Shown here one piece after another: positions 1 through 12,931 of a DNA stretch of 64,000 bases. The position numbers and the translations under genes were made by a program. Each line of letters starts with the position of its first letter. Within the stretch, counting starts at the first letter, position 1. This DNA comes from the human T2T-CHM13v2.0 reference genome, Homo sapiens. Location of the stretch: NCBI RefSeq assembly GCF_009914755.1, contig NC_060926.1, one strand, 5' to 3'. The notes beneath the pieces are model-generated. The model did no database searches and was not told where the DNA came from. It saw only the letters and a program-made list of their open reading frames with translations.

Positions 1-479
1 CAACCATCTGATAGCCTTGATTTGAGAAGCATTGTTTTAAAGGCTTATATTTTGACGTATGATGGAGTGGGAAGCTAGAAAGTCATGTGTCCTGATCATG
101 CCTTTGAGCCATAATATTAGCCTTAAACTGACTTGTCCCTAACATTTTGTGGTATGGGGCAATTTAGCCCCTACCTTTTAAAAGCACAATAGGAGAACTT
201 CCTGTTATTTGAAACAGATGTAGTCCTATCAAGCAACCAGCAATCTGTAATGTGCTACAATAAGTTCCATTTAGTCCAGAATTAACTTTCTACGTAAGCA
301 TGTTATTTTTCCCCCAATTACTGTACGAACATTGAACTCAGGAAGTTTTTATAAAGTAGGTATGTAATACATATATCCACAGCTTTAAATCCTATTTATA
401 CTTCACCACTTCCAAAATTTCTATTTCTCAACCGAAATTATCTTTGCAGATCAAGCTTTACATAACCAACAGATTTTTG

Positions 480-1050
480 TCATTTGGATGTCTGACACAA
501 ATTTCAAATTTAACACATGCAAAACTCAGTGCTTAATCTTACCTGCCAAATCTCTCTCCTCCTTCAGCCTTCAAAGTCCCCATCTACTCTGTTACTTAGG
601 CAGAAACTTAGGTCACTTCCTCTTCACACCCATCATTACCAAAATTCAATATGCCATCAGGGTCTCTGAAGTCGGCTTCCAAAATCTTTCTCATCCCTCC
701 CTTTCAGCATCCATAGAATATGCCATCATTCCCCACGACTGCGTCTGCAATTCTCTCCCGGAATGACACACTCTGCTTTTCCTTTCTATTCCCTCCATTA
801 TATTCTCTATACTGCCATGATCTTTTAAAAATATAAATAGAATGTTACTACCCTACTTTCAAAGGTTTTCTATTATACTAAGAAAATGGGATCTAAAAAT
901 GCCCTGCATGATCAGCTCCTGCCAACCTCTCTAACCTCATCTTGTATCATTTTCATGCTTGTTCATTATGTTCACAGCATCCTGTGTTCTTTCAGTTCCT
1001 AAAACACTCTACGTTCTTTTCTACTCATGAGACTCTATACATGCTGAACC
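480..1050 (+). mobile_element. Ancient LINE-2 (L2) 3' fragment
   Basis: Degenerate L2 motifs in the expected order: ttggatgtct...ttaacacatgcaaaactca, gccctgcatgatcagctcctgccaacctctc, ttcctaaaacac. Boundaries approximate. Confidence 0.6.
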
Positions 1051-1404
1051 TCTTCATTAAATGTCTCCCTAGATAACTATTACTTTTTCTTTAGGTCCCT
1101 TTAGTTTTATAGAAAGATGTACTAAATTCACGTTAATTAAGTACATATTAACAATTTCCAGAGTATGGTATATATCTTTTAGAATGTTACAAGAAAGCAA
1201 CAGCTTTCCATGAATATTCCAGTTCATTTTAAAATAAAAAGTAATGAAACCATAAGGAAAATTCAAATGCATAAAAATAATATTATGAAAATGGGCTGTA
1301 CCCTGTAGCATTCTGAGGAAAGGCCTGAATTCTGCGAAGGGAAAGTGGTAAAAGTATTGTCCAGTCCTTTTTAAGTTGGTGGCTGAGCTTGGTGAGGTGT
1401 GTTT

Positions 1405-3225
1405 TTAAAAGACTTTTGGTTGTTCTACCTTTCCTGAAGACGGAGGACTGTAAGGTATATAAAGGTTTTGCTGAATACTAAGAGCCTGAAAAACTGCTTG
1501 GCTGATTTGACTAATAAAGGCCGGTCTGCTATCGGACTGTATAGAGGTGGGAAGGCCAAACCGAGGAATTATGTCTGACAGAAGGGAAGAAATGACCATG
1601 GTGGCCTTCTTAGACCCTGTGGGAAAGGCCTCTACCTATCCAGTGAAAGTGTCTACCCGGACCAAGAGGTATTTTAGTTTCCTGAATTGGGGCATGTGAG
1701 TAAAGTCATTTTGCCAGTTCTGGGCAGGGGCAAATCTCTGAGCTTGATGTGTAGGGAAGGGAGGGGGCCTGAATAATCCTTGAGAAGCAGTAGAATAGCA
1801 CATGGAACACTGAGAGGTTATTTCCTTGAGGATAGATTTCCACGATGGAAAGGAAATGAGAGGTTCTAAGAGGCGGGCTAGCGGCTTATACTGTAGCATA
1901 GCCTGCCTTTGCTGGTGTGTGGCGATTAGGCCTGGTGGAACTGCCATCAATAAACCAAGTGTGATCAGGGTGAGGAACAGGAAAGAAGGAAATATGGGGA
2001 AATGGGGTGAATGTCAGGTGGATCAGAGAGATACAGTCATGGGGGGTCAGGTGTGGTATCAGGAATAATGTGGGAGGCCGGATTGAAGTCCGGGCCAGGA
2101 ACAATGGTAATTGTGGGAGACTCAACAAAGAGTGAGTACAGCTGAAGGAGCCAGGGAGCAGAAAGTATATGTGTCAGGTGTGAGGAAGAAAATAGATTTT
2201 GGAAGTTATGAGAACTGTAGAGAGTGAGTTGAGCATAGTTTGTGATTTTAAGGGCCTCTAAAAGTATTAGGGCAGCGGTGGCTGCTGCACACAGACTTGA
2301 GGGCTAGGCAAAACAGTAAGGTCAAGTTGTTTGGGTAAAAAGGCTACAGGGTGCGGTCCTGGTTCTTGTGTAAGAATTCTGACTGCACAGCCCTGCACTT
2401 CGGCTGTGGGTAATGAATAGGGTTGGGATCAGTCAGGCAGAGCTAGGGTGGGGGCAGTCTCTAAAGCTGTCTTCAAGGAATGGAAAGAGGAGTGGGGAAA
2501 GGATTTAGGATCTATGGGGTCAGCTAGGTTTCCTTTTGTGAGTTTATATAATGGTTTTGTTAGGATGGCAAAACCAGGTATCTAAAGTTGAAAGTATCTA
2601 ACCATGCCTAGGAAGGAAAGGAGTTGTTGTTCTGTAGAAGGTGCTGGGGCTTGAGAGATCAGTTGGACACGATCGGCAGGGAGTGCACGTGTATTTTTAT
2701 GAGAATTATGCTGAGATAGGTAACAGATGAGGAAGAAATTTGGACTTGACTGAAGTAATGGGGGCTGTCTGCGAAGCTTTGTGGCAGTACAGCCCAGGTA
2801 ATTTGCTGAGCCTGATGGGTGTCAGGGTCAGTCCAAGTGAAAGTGAAGAGAGGCTGGGATGAAGGGTGCAAAGGAATAGTAAAGAAAGCATGTTTGAGAT
2901 CCAGAACAGAATAATGGGTAGTAGAGGGAGGTATTGAGGATAGGAGAGTATATGGGTTTGGCACCAAGGGGTGGATAGGCAAAACAATTTGGTTGATAAG
3001 GCGCAGATCCTGAACCAACCTGTAAGCCTTGTCTGGTTTTAGGACAGGTGAAATGGGGGAACTGTAAGGGGAGTTTATAGGCTTTAAAAGGCCATACTGT
3101 AACAGGCCAGTGATAACAGGCTTTAATCTTTTTAAAGCATGCTGTGGGATGGGATATTGGCATTGAGTGGGGTAAGGGTGATTAGGTTTTAATGAGATGG
3201 TAAGGGGTGCATGATCAGTTGCCAA
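1405..3225 (-). pseudogene. pol: HERV-H pol remnant (RT with internal deletion, RNaseH, integrase), frameshifted
   Basis: Split among ORFs 2659-3225, 1886-2128, 1636-1950 and 1405-1599. RT jumps from LPQSFADSPHYFSQ to QISSSSVTYL with no YxDD, as in the common deleted HERV-H class. Confidence 0.85.
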
Positions 3226-3238
3226 GGAGGGAGTAGAG

Positions 3239-5090
3239 GTGTCCTATACTTGTGGGCTATGGTGGGGAGATACAAGGGGAGGATGTGAAGGAGGCTTTGA
3301 ACTGGGGGAAAAGGTGACAAAGAGGCGTGGCTGTAGCCTAGGAATAGTCAGGGAAGCAGAAAATTTAGTTAAAGTATCTCAGCCTAATAAGGGAACTGGG
3401 CAGGTGGGGATAACCACAAAGGAGTGTTTAAAAGAGTATTGTCTAGGTTGGCACCAGAGTTGGGGAGTTTTAAGAGGTTTAGAAGCCTGGCCGTCAACAC
3501 ACACAACAGTTATGGAGGCCCTTGAAAGGGAAACAGGCCCTTGAAAAGAAGGTAATATGGAGTGGGTAGCCTCCATATAAATTAAGAAGGGGACGGACTT
3601 ACCTTCCACTGTAAGAGTTACCCAGAGTGTCTGTGATGGTCCTGTAGGCTTCTGAGGCAATCAAGCAGTGTCAGTCTTCAGCTGCTAAGTGGAGAAGATC
3701 TGGGAAGGAGTCAGTCAGAGAGCCTTGGGCCAGAGTTCCAGGGGCTCTGGGAGTGGCTGCCGGATGAGTTGGACAGTCCGATTTCCAGTGGGGTCCCACA
3801 CAGATGGGACACGGCTTAGGAGGAATCCCGGGCTGCAGGCATTCCTTGGCCTGGTGGCCAGATTTCTGGCACTTGTAGCAAGCTCCTAGGGGAGGCAGTT
3901 CTGGAGGAATGCCTGGCCACTGCGGTTCGGGTGTTTGGAAGTTCTTGCATGCTGGAGATGTGGCTGGGGTTTGTCTCACAGTGGAGGCAAGGAATTGCAA
4001 CTCAGAAATACATTGTTACTTGGCTGCCTCTACTCTTCTATTGTACACCTTGAAGGCGAGGTTAATTAAGTCCCGTTGTGGGGTTTGAGGGCCAGAATTT
4101 AATTTTTGGAGTTTTATTTAATGTCAGGAGCAGATTGGGTAATAAAATATATATTGAGAATAAGACGGCCTTTTGACCTTTTAGTGTTTAGGGCTGTAAA
4201 GCATCGCAGGGTTGCTGCCGAACAAGCCGTTAACTGGGCTTGGTTTTTCATATTTGATGAAAGAGCCTAAACACTAACTGATTTGGAAGAGGTCGGATAA
4301 AGAAAAAGGAGCATTAACCTTGACTATGCCTTTAGCTCCAGCCACCTTTTTAAGAGGGAATTGCTGGGCAGGTCGGGGAGGGCTAGTCACCGAACAAAAC
4401 TGTAAGCTGGACCGGGTGCGAGGAGGGGAGGTGATAAAAGGATCATAGGGTGGAGGAGCAGAGGCTGGGGGAAGAATTGGGACCTAGCTCGGCCTGGCAA
4501 GGAGGGGAGAGGTCAGATAGGTCTGTAGAAAAGGAAGATTAGAAAGACTTAGTAACACTTGGGGTTGGGACTGAGGGGACAGGCGGGAGGGAAGGAAGAT
4601 TTGGGACAAGTTGCATTGGGAACAGAGATGGGAGGGACCAGTGTGTAAAAGAATGCCTGGACGTCAGGCATCTCAGACCGTTTGCCCATTTTATGACAAG
4701 AATTATTTAGGTCTTGTAGGATGGAGATAATCAAAAATGCCATTTTCTGGCCTTTTAGAGCCATTGTCAAGTTTGTATTGTGGACAAGCAGTGTTGCAGA
4801 AGAAAATAAGATGCGTAGATTTTAGGTCAGGTGAGAATTGGAGAGGTTTTAAGTTCTTAAGAACACAGGCTAAGGGAGAAGAAGGAGGAATGGAGGGTGG
4901 AAGTTTGCCTATAGTGAAGGAGGCAAGTTTAAAGAGAAGGGTAGAGACACGGAGAAGGGGGTGAGGAGTAGCCCTGGGCTGCAACATGGGTGAGCAGCCA
5001 AAGCAGATGTCCCCGCAATTGACTTGCCACCAAGGGAATGTGGGTGAATAATCAAGGCAGGCATCCCCGTGGAGATCAGACACCAATGGA
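3239..5090 (-). pseudogene. gag: HERV-H gag-pro remnant
   Basis: MA-like SPLACVLKNLKPL...FFCNTA (4703-5086), two CCHC knuckles (3671-4000), protease with degenerate active site LIYMEATHS in place of LxDTGA (3379-3660). Boundaries approximate. Confidence 0.8.
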
Positions 5091-5469
5091 ACATGGGTGA
5101 ATAATCAGAGAGGTGTCACCACAATGATTAAACAACAAGGGAAGGCTGCCTTCCGGTGTCCGTGACTGGCGCCGGAGTTTTGGGTCCACGGATAAAATGT
5201 GTCTCCTTTGTCTCTACCAGAAAATGAAAGGAACTGAAATTAAGAGAAGGGAGAGATTGCAGTGTGGCCCCAAGATTGAAAGGAGAAAGAGGTTGAGGGA
5301 TAGTGAGGGAGGTTGGAGAAGAGAGTGAAAAGAGGCCGCTTACCGGATTTGAAATTGGTGAGATGTTCCTTGGGCTGGTCTGTCTGAGGACCAGAGGTCG
5401 TAGGTGTATCTTTCTCACAGAGCAAAGAGCAGGAGGACAGGGGGTTGATTTCCCAAGGAGGGTCCCCTG

Positions 5470-5487
5470 ATCTGAGTCATGGCACCA
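5470..5487 (-). promoter_or_regulatory. Primer-binding site complementary to tRNA-His (HERV-H PBS)
   Basis: Minus strand reads TGGTGCCATGACTCAGAT just after the LTR end; canonical is TGGTGCCGTGACTCGGAT (two CpG-type changes). Confidence 0.9.
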
Positions 5488-5489
5488 AA

Positions 5490-5905
5490 TTTCACTCACT
5501 TGCGTCCATGTGAAGAGACCACCAAACAGGCTTTGTGTAAACAATAAAGCTTTTAATCACCTGGGTGCAGGCAGGCTGAGTCCGAAAAGAGAGTCAGCGA
5601 AGGGAGACAGGGGTGGGGCCGTTTTATAAGATTTGGGTAGGTAAAGGAAAATTACAGTCAAAGGCAGGTTGTTCTCTAGCAGGCAGGAGTAGGGGTCACA
5701 AGGTGCTCAGTAGGGGAGCTTTTGAGCCAGGATGAGCCAGGAGAAGGAATTTCACAAGATAATGTCATCAGTTAAGGCAGGAACAGGCCATTTTAACTTC
5801 TTTTGTGGTGGAATGTCATCAGTTAAGGCAGGAATCAGCCATCTGGATGTGTACGTGCAGGTCACAGGGGATATGATGGCTTAGCTTGGCCTCAGAGGCC
5901 TGACA
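5490..5905 (-). mobile_element. LTR7 (5' LTR of the HERV-H provirus)
   Basis: Minus strand starts TGTCAGGCCTCTGAG...GCTAAGCCATCATATCCCCTGTGACCTGCAC, has two ccttaactgatgacatt repeats, TATAAAA and ATTAAA, and ends ...GTGAAA next to the PBS. Confidence 0.95.
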
Positions 5906-6109
5906 AGTATGTTTTGTTCTAAAGAGAGTCATTGAGGGATATTTTCATGTTTGTAGGAACTGTGGCCTCAAAGTAGACAGGAACATTTGGCTTAGACCTC
6001 AGTGATGAAGGTATGATTATCCTCAGAGGACTATAAACCTAATACATCAGTAACTGCAGCTTTTGTTTGGTTTATGCTCAATAAAACCACTTTGAGATAT
6101 AAAAAGTTT

Positions 6110-6775
<666 letters not shown>

Positions 6776-6779
6776 TACA

Positions 6780-7660
6780 TTTTCATTAGTATTCTTATAA
6801 GATATTCATTTTCTCTGTTGTATTGTATTCCATTTTATGGCCATTAAAAAATATCATTTTTTCTGGTGAAAGCAAGGTAAATGTTTTCTAAGATGTTCAG
6901 TTACACATAATGCTACCATGAAACTTCTTGTATGTGTTTCTTGGAGCGTATAAGCAAGACATTCTCTGAAGTTTTACGAGTCATAAGTTGCATATATTTT
7001 CATTATTATGGTAACACTATATTTCTTCCAAAGTGATTATTTCAGTCACTTCTACCAGCAGTGAACAGTTTCCAATACTCTCCATCTTGACAAACATCTA
7101 AACTAATTCTCTAATTTAATTTTCTTTTATATTTTGGACAAATTATTTTCTATTTTACCTCTTTGTGGTTGTAATTTGCATTTTCTTGATTACTAACATG
7201 GTTGATCTTATCATCTTTTTAGTGCATATTTGTGTTCATGATTCCTGAATTATCTGTTTATTTTTCATTTTTGCCTACTTTTGTCTTTTTTTATTTGTAT
7301 AATTTCAATTTATCCAATCTAAATTTACTGGTTTATAGTTTCAAATATTTTCACCCAGTTTGTAACTTTTCTTTGTACTGTTTTTTGTTGTCACATATTT
7401 TAATGAACCAAAAAAATATAATTTTACTTTGCTGAATTTTTTAAGAACTTATTTTGTAATTTATAGTTTGTTTTTTCTCTTAAGAACTTTTCTACGTGGT
7501 AGTCATACAGATATTATCCCCTATACTCTTTTAAAAGTCTTAAAATTCTGTTTTACATTTGGATCTTTATTCAACCTGAAATTAATCTTTGATTAAGGTG
7601 TGAGTTAGAAATGCTAAAGTACTATTTTTTCTATTTGGATAATAAATTATGTTAGGACCT
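6780..7660 (-). mobile_element. Old L1M (L1ME-like) fragment
   Basis: Degenerate antisense L1 ORF2-end motifs (ttccaaagtgatt, tgtggttgtaatttgcattttcttgattactaa, atctttattcaacctgaaattaat). Confidence 0.5.
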
Positions 7661-7964
7661 CTTTTGGGTAATTTTTTTTCTTTTTTTTTGGTTTTTTGTT
7701 TATTACTGTTAGTGATATTTCCTTCTAGTTTTTTACCCATCTCTTTAAAAAAAATACATGTTTACATAGATAACATAATACTATGTCATAGACAGTATTA
7801 TAGATTATTTTTGCTTAACCATATAAAGTAAGCATTTCTTTATGGTTTTACAAAGCCTTAAAAATTCAGTTTTAATTGCTTTAAAAAAGCACATCATAAA
7901 GATATTTCAAAATTGTATTACCTTTCATTTTCTTGCTATTAGGTATTGAGACTATCTCACATTT

Positions 7965-8405
7965 GCTCTTTTTATTACACATATTTAAGTTGTACAATAT
8001 GATGTTTATGTGTAGTAAAGTGATTACTAAAGTCAAGTAAATTATCATATTCATCTCTTCACATTTTTTTTCTTGTTTTTGGTAGTGAGAGCACCTGAAG
8101 TCTATTTTCTTGGGAAAATTTTAGTGTATAATACAGCATTATTAACTCTAAACATCATACTATACAGAAGTCTTGTACAATATTAGTGAAAAAGTAAATT
8201 AGTACAGCAACTATGAAAAACATTATAGAGATCCTTTAAAAGGTTTAAAATAGAAATACCATTTGTCCAGCAATTTCTTTTCTGGTATATGCCTAAAGGA
8301 GTTGAAATCAGTACCTCAAAGAGATGTCTGTGCTTCTAAGTTCTTTGTAAAATTTTTCACAATATCCAAGATACGGAAACAACCTAAGTGTACATCAAAG
8401 GATGG
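7965..8405. mobile_element. L1MA-type LINE-1 with 5' inversion (minus-strand 3'UTR about 7965-8168, plus-strand ORF2-end about 8170-8405)
   Basis: Antisense L1MA 3'UTR (tttaagttgtacaatatgatg...gtgagagcacctgaagtcta) directly abuts sense L1 sequence (gtaaattagtacagcaactatgaaaaac...aacctaagtgtacatcaaaggatg). Confidence 0.6.
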
Positions 8406-9323
8406 TGAATAGTCTCTCCACCTTGAAGAGTGACAGGAAGCTCCATTTTGAATTAGAGCAAGGATCCTTTTTCCTTTTCTCTTTAGCTCTGCCATATTTC
8501 ACAATAACTTTTTTTATATTTCAAGAAAAGAGATATACATATTTATTATAAGACAGCATTTGAGCCAGGAGAATAGATGAGTTCACTCAAAAAAGTGTTA
8601 AAATGTAAATATAATATTGGAGTAATAAATTTCATTAATTTTGTTGAATATGGAATATGGAAAGTTTCCCCAGAAAGAAAGAGAGTCTGGATCATTTGCT
8701 AACCCATCAGTGTCGTGAGTTAGAAAAAGAACATGTGGAGCTAGATAGGCTATGACTGAAATGTGGCCTTTCTGAACTTCAGTTGGGAACTAGAGGAAAA
8801 TAACAAAAGATTACTGTGTTCATTGAAAAAAAAATTCTAGTTAACATGGCATATGATGCATATAACGCAGCACATAATGCATATAATATAGCATATAAGC
8901 TTTGGTAGACATCTATTGTTTTAACTTCCATCTAAGACCTTCAAACCATTTTAAATGCTGATTCCAGATCTTGTAGTAAATATTCAATTACTTTCCAATA
9001 CCCATTAAATTAAAAACAGGTAGACATTCAAATTCCCTCACAATATTGAAAGGAACATGTTTTTCAATTTCTTAGATATTTGCTTGTGCCAAGCCTTTCT
9101 TACACCTAAAATACATCTTCCAATTTTTGCCTGAAAAAAAATCCCACCTAATCCTTAGCAGTAGCATTCCTGAACTCCATAAATGTGGGATATAGCACCA
9201 CCTTCTAGATGTCTATGTCTCACTGTCACTTTAACTATTTTCTCCCTGATTGTCTGTTAGTTTTGTCACCAAAATAGACTAAGCTAATTGAGAGCAGGAA
9301 ATGATTTTTAACTGATACTCTAT

Positions 9324-9732
9324 TGTATTAGTCAGAGTTCTCTTAGAGGGACAGAACTAATAGGCGATACATATATATAACAGACAAGGTCCCACAATAG
9401 ACTGTCTGCAAGCTGAGGAGCAAGGAGAGCCAGTCCGAGTCCCAAAACTGAAGAACTTGGTGTCTGATGTTCAAGGGTAGGAAGCATTCTGCATGGGAGA
9501 AAGATGTAGGCTGGGAGGTTAGGCCCATCTCTCCTTTTCATGTTTTTCTGCCTGCTTTATATTTGTCAGAAGCTGATTAGATTGTGCCCGCCAGATTAGG
9601 GGTGGGTCTGCCTTCCCCAGCCCAGTGACTCAAATGTTAATCTCTTTTGGCAACACCCACACAGACACACCCAGGATTAATACTTTGTATCCCTCAGTCC
9701 AATCAAGTTGACACTCAGTATTAACCATCACA
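9324..9732 (-). mobile_element. MLT2A1-type solo LTR (HERV-L)
   Basis: Minus strand begins TGTGATGGTTAATACTGAGTGTCAACTTGATTGG and ends ...ACTAATACA. Perfect 5-bp TSD TCTAT at 9319-9323 and 9733-9737. Confidence 0.9.
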
Positions 9733-10019
9733 TCTATACTTATATGAATTTATCTGTAAACTCTCTATAGATAGATATTTATCTATCAATAGGAAGGGTG
9801 TGAGAGAGAAAGAAGAGTGAGAGCGAGAAGAGAAAGAGTCAACTCTGTACCAGCATTCAGCTAAGTGCTACACACATACACACACACACAAACATTATTT
9901 AAAGGTAAATTTTTGCTATTCAGTTAGTGTCATTAGGCTACCCTACCCTATTAATTAAAATTCATAAGATCTTAGAAATATCAGAGCGATAAAGGGGCAT
10001 CAGGAATCATCTCATCTAG

Positions 10020-10180
10020 GGGGTTCAGGAATAGCAATTGTGGAATTTAAACCTGTACATTTACGGCCCCATTAACAGAAGTTCTAATTCAGTACTGTTG
10101 TGGTGAAGGCCTAACACTTGCATTTTGTTTAATTCTAAAAGCTGATGCTGATGCACACTCTTACTTGAGAAATTCTGATC
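10020..10180. mobile_element. MER5-like hAT-Charlie fragment
   Basis: agaagttctaattcagta...aggcctaacacttgcatttt...ctgatgcacac...ttgagaaattctg resembles the MER5 core and terminus. Confidence 0.4.
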
Positions 10181-12228
10181 TCTTTGACCATCCCCTTCCT
10201 ACTCTTCTTATAAATTAAACTACTATCATGAACAGTAACTCATACCAGATCACTGAAAATTTTGATGATGGAAGTAGAAGTCAGATGTCTTGTGACATCT
10301 TGAAGTGATCTTTCTTTCCTTTCCACTGATATTAGCTTCCTAGTACAGGAAACTAACAGCACTCTGATATTTCTTGATTGCTTCCTATTTTGCTACTAAC
10401 TTTATAATTTTCCACAGGCAATGCCATTTTTTTTAACTGCAGCCTTGAAGTTTTGAGGCTGTGAAAATCACCAGGCAAGAACAGTGGCTCTGTGGCAAAA
10501 GTAGATTCTGGAGATGATGCTTCTGATTAAACCTGAGGGACAATCCATGTTTTTTTTCCATTGAGATATGGGGTTGTGCTAGCATTTTCTTCTGTCTCAA
10601 CTCAGATGAAAATATGAAGACAAGCAAGATTAACTCACTGTTTCACAGACAGAATATACATATGTATGTCTTCTAAATAGGTACTCTACCCATGGGAAAA
10701 AGGAAACACTGAAATCCGTAGTATAGCTGGAATGATTCCAATCTCATTAGATGTTGTCGCCTTTGATTAATTTTCACCATTTTCTAAAATTATTAAATAT
10801 GTAAATTATTCCATAAACTCATCTTTAGCAGAATCAGGGTAAGATCTGCTTAATTAATAATGGTTATAATGCATTTCAGATATAGACTCTGTAATTGAAT
10901 ATATATATATTTGTGAATTTTTTATTTTATTTTGAAACAGCAAATCACAAGAAATAGCTAATTCTACCCCCATCTTATTGAACTCCCTGAAAGTGAATAT
11001 TCTGATTGTAATTACTGAAGAATTTGATATCTACAAACCTGATCCTGGCACCTATGAAGGTATCTTGAAAGGAGAGATAGGACACAGATTAATGCACAGA
11101 GCCAAGATAACTACCTCAAAATTTCCAAGGGGAACAGATTCTTCCTATAAAGTTAATAATCCTAGAAAGAGAGCTCAATCCCTAATGGAAAAGTTAAAAG
11201 AAGACATTGGTAAGCTTTCATGTTTAAAGTTAAAATTCACCATGGATTCTTTAATAATTTTATCCAAAAATAGAAGGAAGTATTAATTTTATTATTAGTA
11301 AATTATTATTAAACTTGGGGCAATCAATGATTTAAATCAAGCTGGGCTAATTGAGAGTGAATTATCATCATCCTCTGTGAGAATATTGCTGATAAATTAT
11401 CTCTGAAGTCCAAAGAATTATTATGCATTTATTCTTATAAATTATGGCTCCATGGTAAACCGGATGAGATTTTAATATTTTAGCATTCATTAGGTTGTGA
11501 AGCCTTAGAGCCAGCATAGGGATCAGGAAGCCTGTTTTGTCTTGTAATGAGAATAATTCTGTTACAGTTAATTGCTATAATTATCACAAATTTATATAAA
11601 TTCAGATTAACCTATAGAATTAAAGTTAATATTTAAACTGCATGTTTTATCTTAGAATTAAAGGGTGTATAGGTTTGGTTTCTGCACTTAAACACTTAAT
11701 ATAAAGAACTTTAACATGTGCAATGTGGATAATCATTTTATTTTAGACTTAGCATGCAAAGTACATAATTAAAAGCTAACTTACATAAGCTTATGGAAGC
11801 TTATCTGAACTGTTACTTAGTCTGTGTCATTATGTGTTCATTTGTGTTTTCACACTTGTAACCAGTAATTAATTCTGCTGAATGACTGCAGTAACTGGAG
11901 GAAAGGGCAGCTTCCTTAGAGGTAAAAAGACTTGAAGAGGATGAAGTGAAATCTCATGTAGATGAAGTGCACATCTAGGCAAAGAGAGAATATAGAATTG
12001 TCTCTCATCTAGTCTACAAGTCATTTGTTTACTTATTTAAGAAGTATTTATAACTAATTAACTTTATTTAACAAGTATTTATTACTAATCTACTCTTTGG
12101 TTGGTATTTCAAAACCAATAGATGAAGGAGACTAATGTTTGCTTTCTGTCCTCACAGATATCCTAGTCTAGGAAGAAGTACTCATAATCAGTCACTTGTT
12201 ATAACTGTCTGTTAGAAATTATAGATAG

Positions 12229-12605
12229 TGCTATGGTTTGAATGTGTCCCCCAAAGTTCATGTGTTAGAAACTTAATTACCAATGCAATTATATTCAGAG
12301 TAAAATCTTTAAAAGGTAATTAGATCTTGAGGGCTGTGCCCTCATGAATAGATTTATGTTATTATCACAAGAGCGGGTTAGTTATCACAGGAGTGGGTTC
12401 ATGATAAAAGGATAAGTTCTCCCCCTTCCCCTCTCATGCCTGTGCACACTCTCTTGCCCCTTTACCTTCCATTATGGGATGACACAGTCCAAAACATCCT
12501 TCTTGACCTTGGACTTCCCAGCCTTCAGCACTGGGAGCCAAATAAATTTCTGTAATTATAAATTACCCGGTATGTGATATTCTGTTATAACAACACAAAA
12601 CAGAT
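12229..12605 (+). mobile_element. MST-family MaLR solo LTR
   Basis: Starts tgctatggtttgaatgtgtcccccaaagttcatgtgtt; contains ttggacttcccagcct and aataaatttctg...ataaattaccc. Confidence 0.85.
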
Positions 12606-12931
12606 ATGGAAGTAAATACTAAGATGGGATCCCAATAGTGAATAGGCATTATCTATGTGAAGAGAACAGAGGAGAATTTGTATGCTATGTAGAGTGACAG
12701 ACATTAGTCTGGAGAGACTTTGCCACTTTTAAAGTTCTTTTTGGTGGACAATATATTAGGGCACAGAAAGAATGAAGAAGGATATCCCAGGCTGAAAAGC
12801 CAGCAATGACTGGAAAGGGTAGAGCTTTGTGACCCATGTTAACGATTAGGTCACATGAGAAATGAAAGCAGCTTGGGGCTGTGGTGTAGACATTCAAACT
12901 AAAGAGCATGTAAAAAGATGTGAAGTGAAAT

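Larger units (their letters stand above)
1288..5489 (-). mobile_element. HERV-H internal region (leader, gag, pro, pol), decayed and 3'-truncated within integrase
   Basis: Minus-strand ORF fragments give Gag NC knuckles CYKCQKSGHQAKEC and CPICVGPHWKSDC (3671-4000), protease (3379-3660), RT YRLVQDLR/VLDLKHAFF/LPQSF (2659-3225), an RNaseH-like WFIDGSS and integrase WQNDFTHMP/VDTFTG/IQSD/SSGKVE (1405-1950). Similarity ends at about 1288. Confidence 0.95.

Noticed and set aside
2659-3225. 188-aa RT-like ORF as a functional enzyme
   Set aside because: HERV-H pol fragment lacking the YxDD catalytic motif.
5470-5487. tRNA-His-like sequence as a tRNA gene
   Set aside because: Only the 18-nt retroviral primer-binding site; no cloverleaf.
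5030-5835. Direct repeats tgggtgaataatca and atgtcatcagttaaggcaggaa
   Set aside because: Normal internal repeats of the HERV-H leader and LTR7 U3.
10443-10620. Acceptor-like ttttttttaactgcAG as the start of a coding exon
   Set aside because: All three frames hit stops within about 25 nt.
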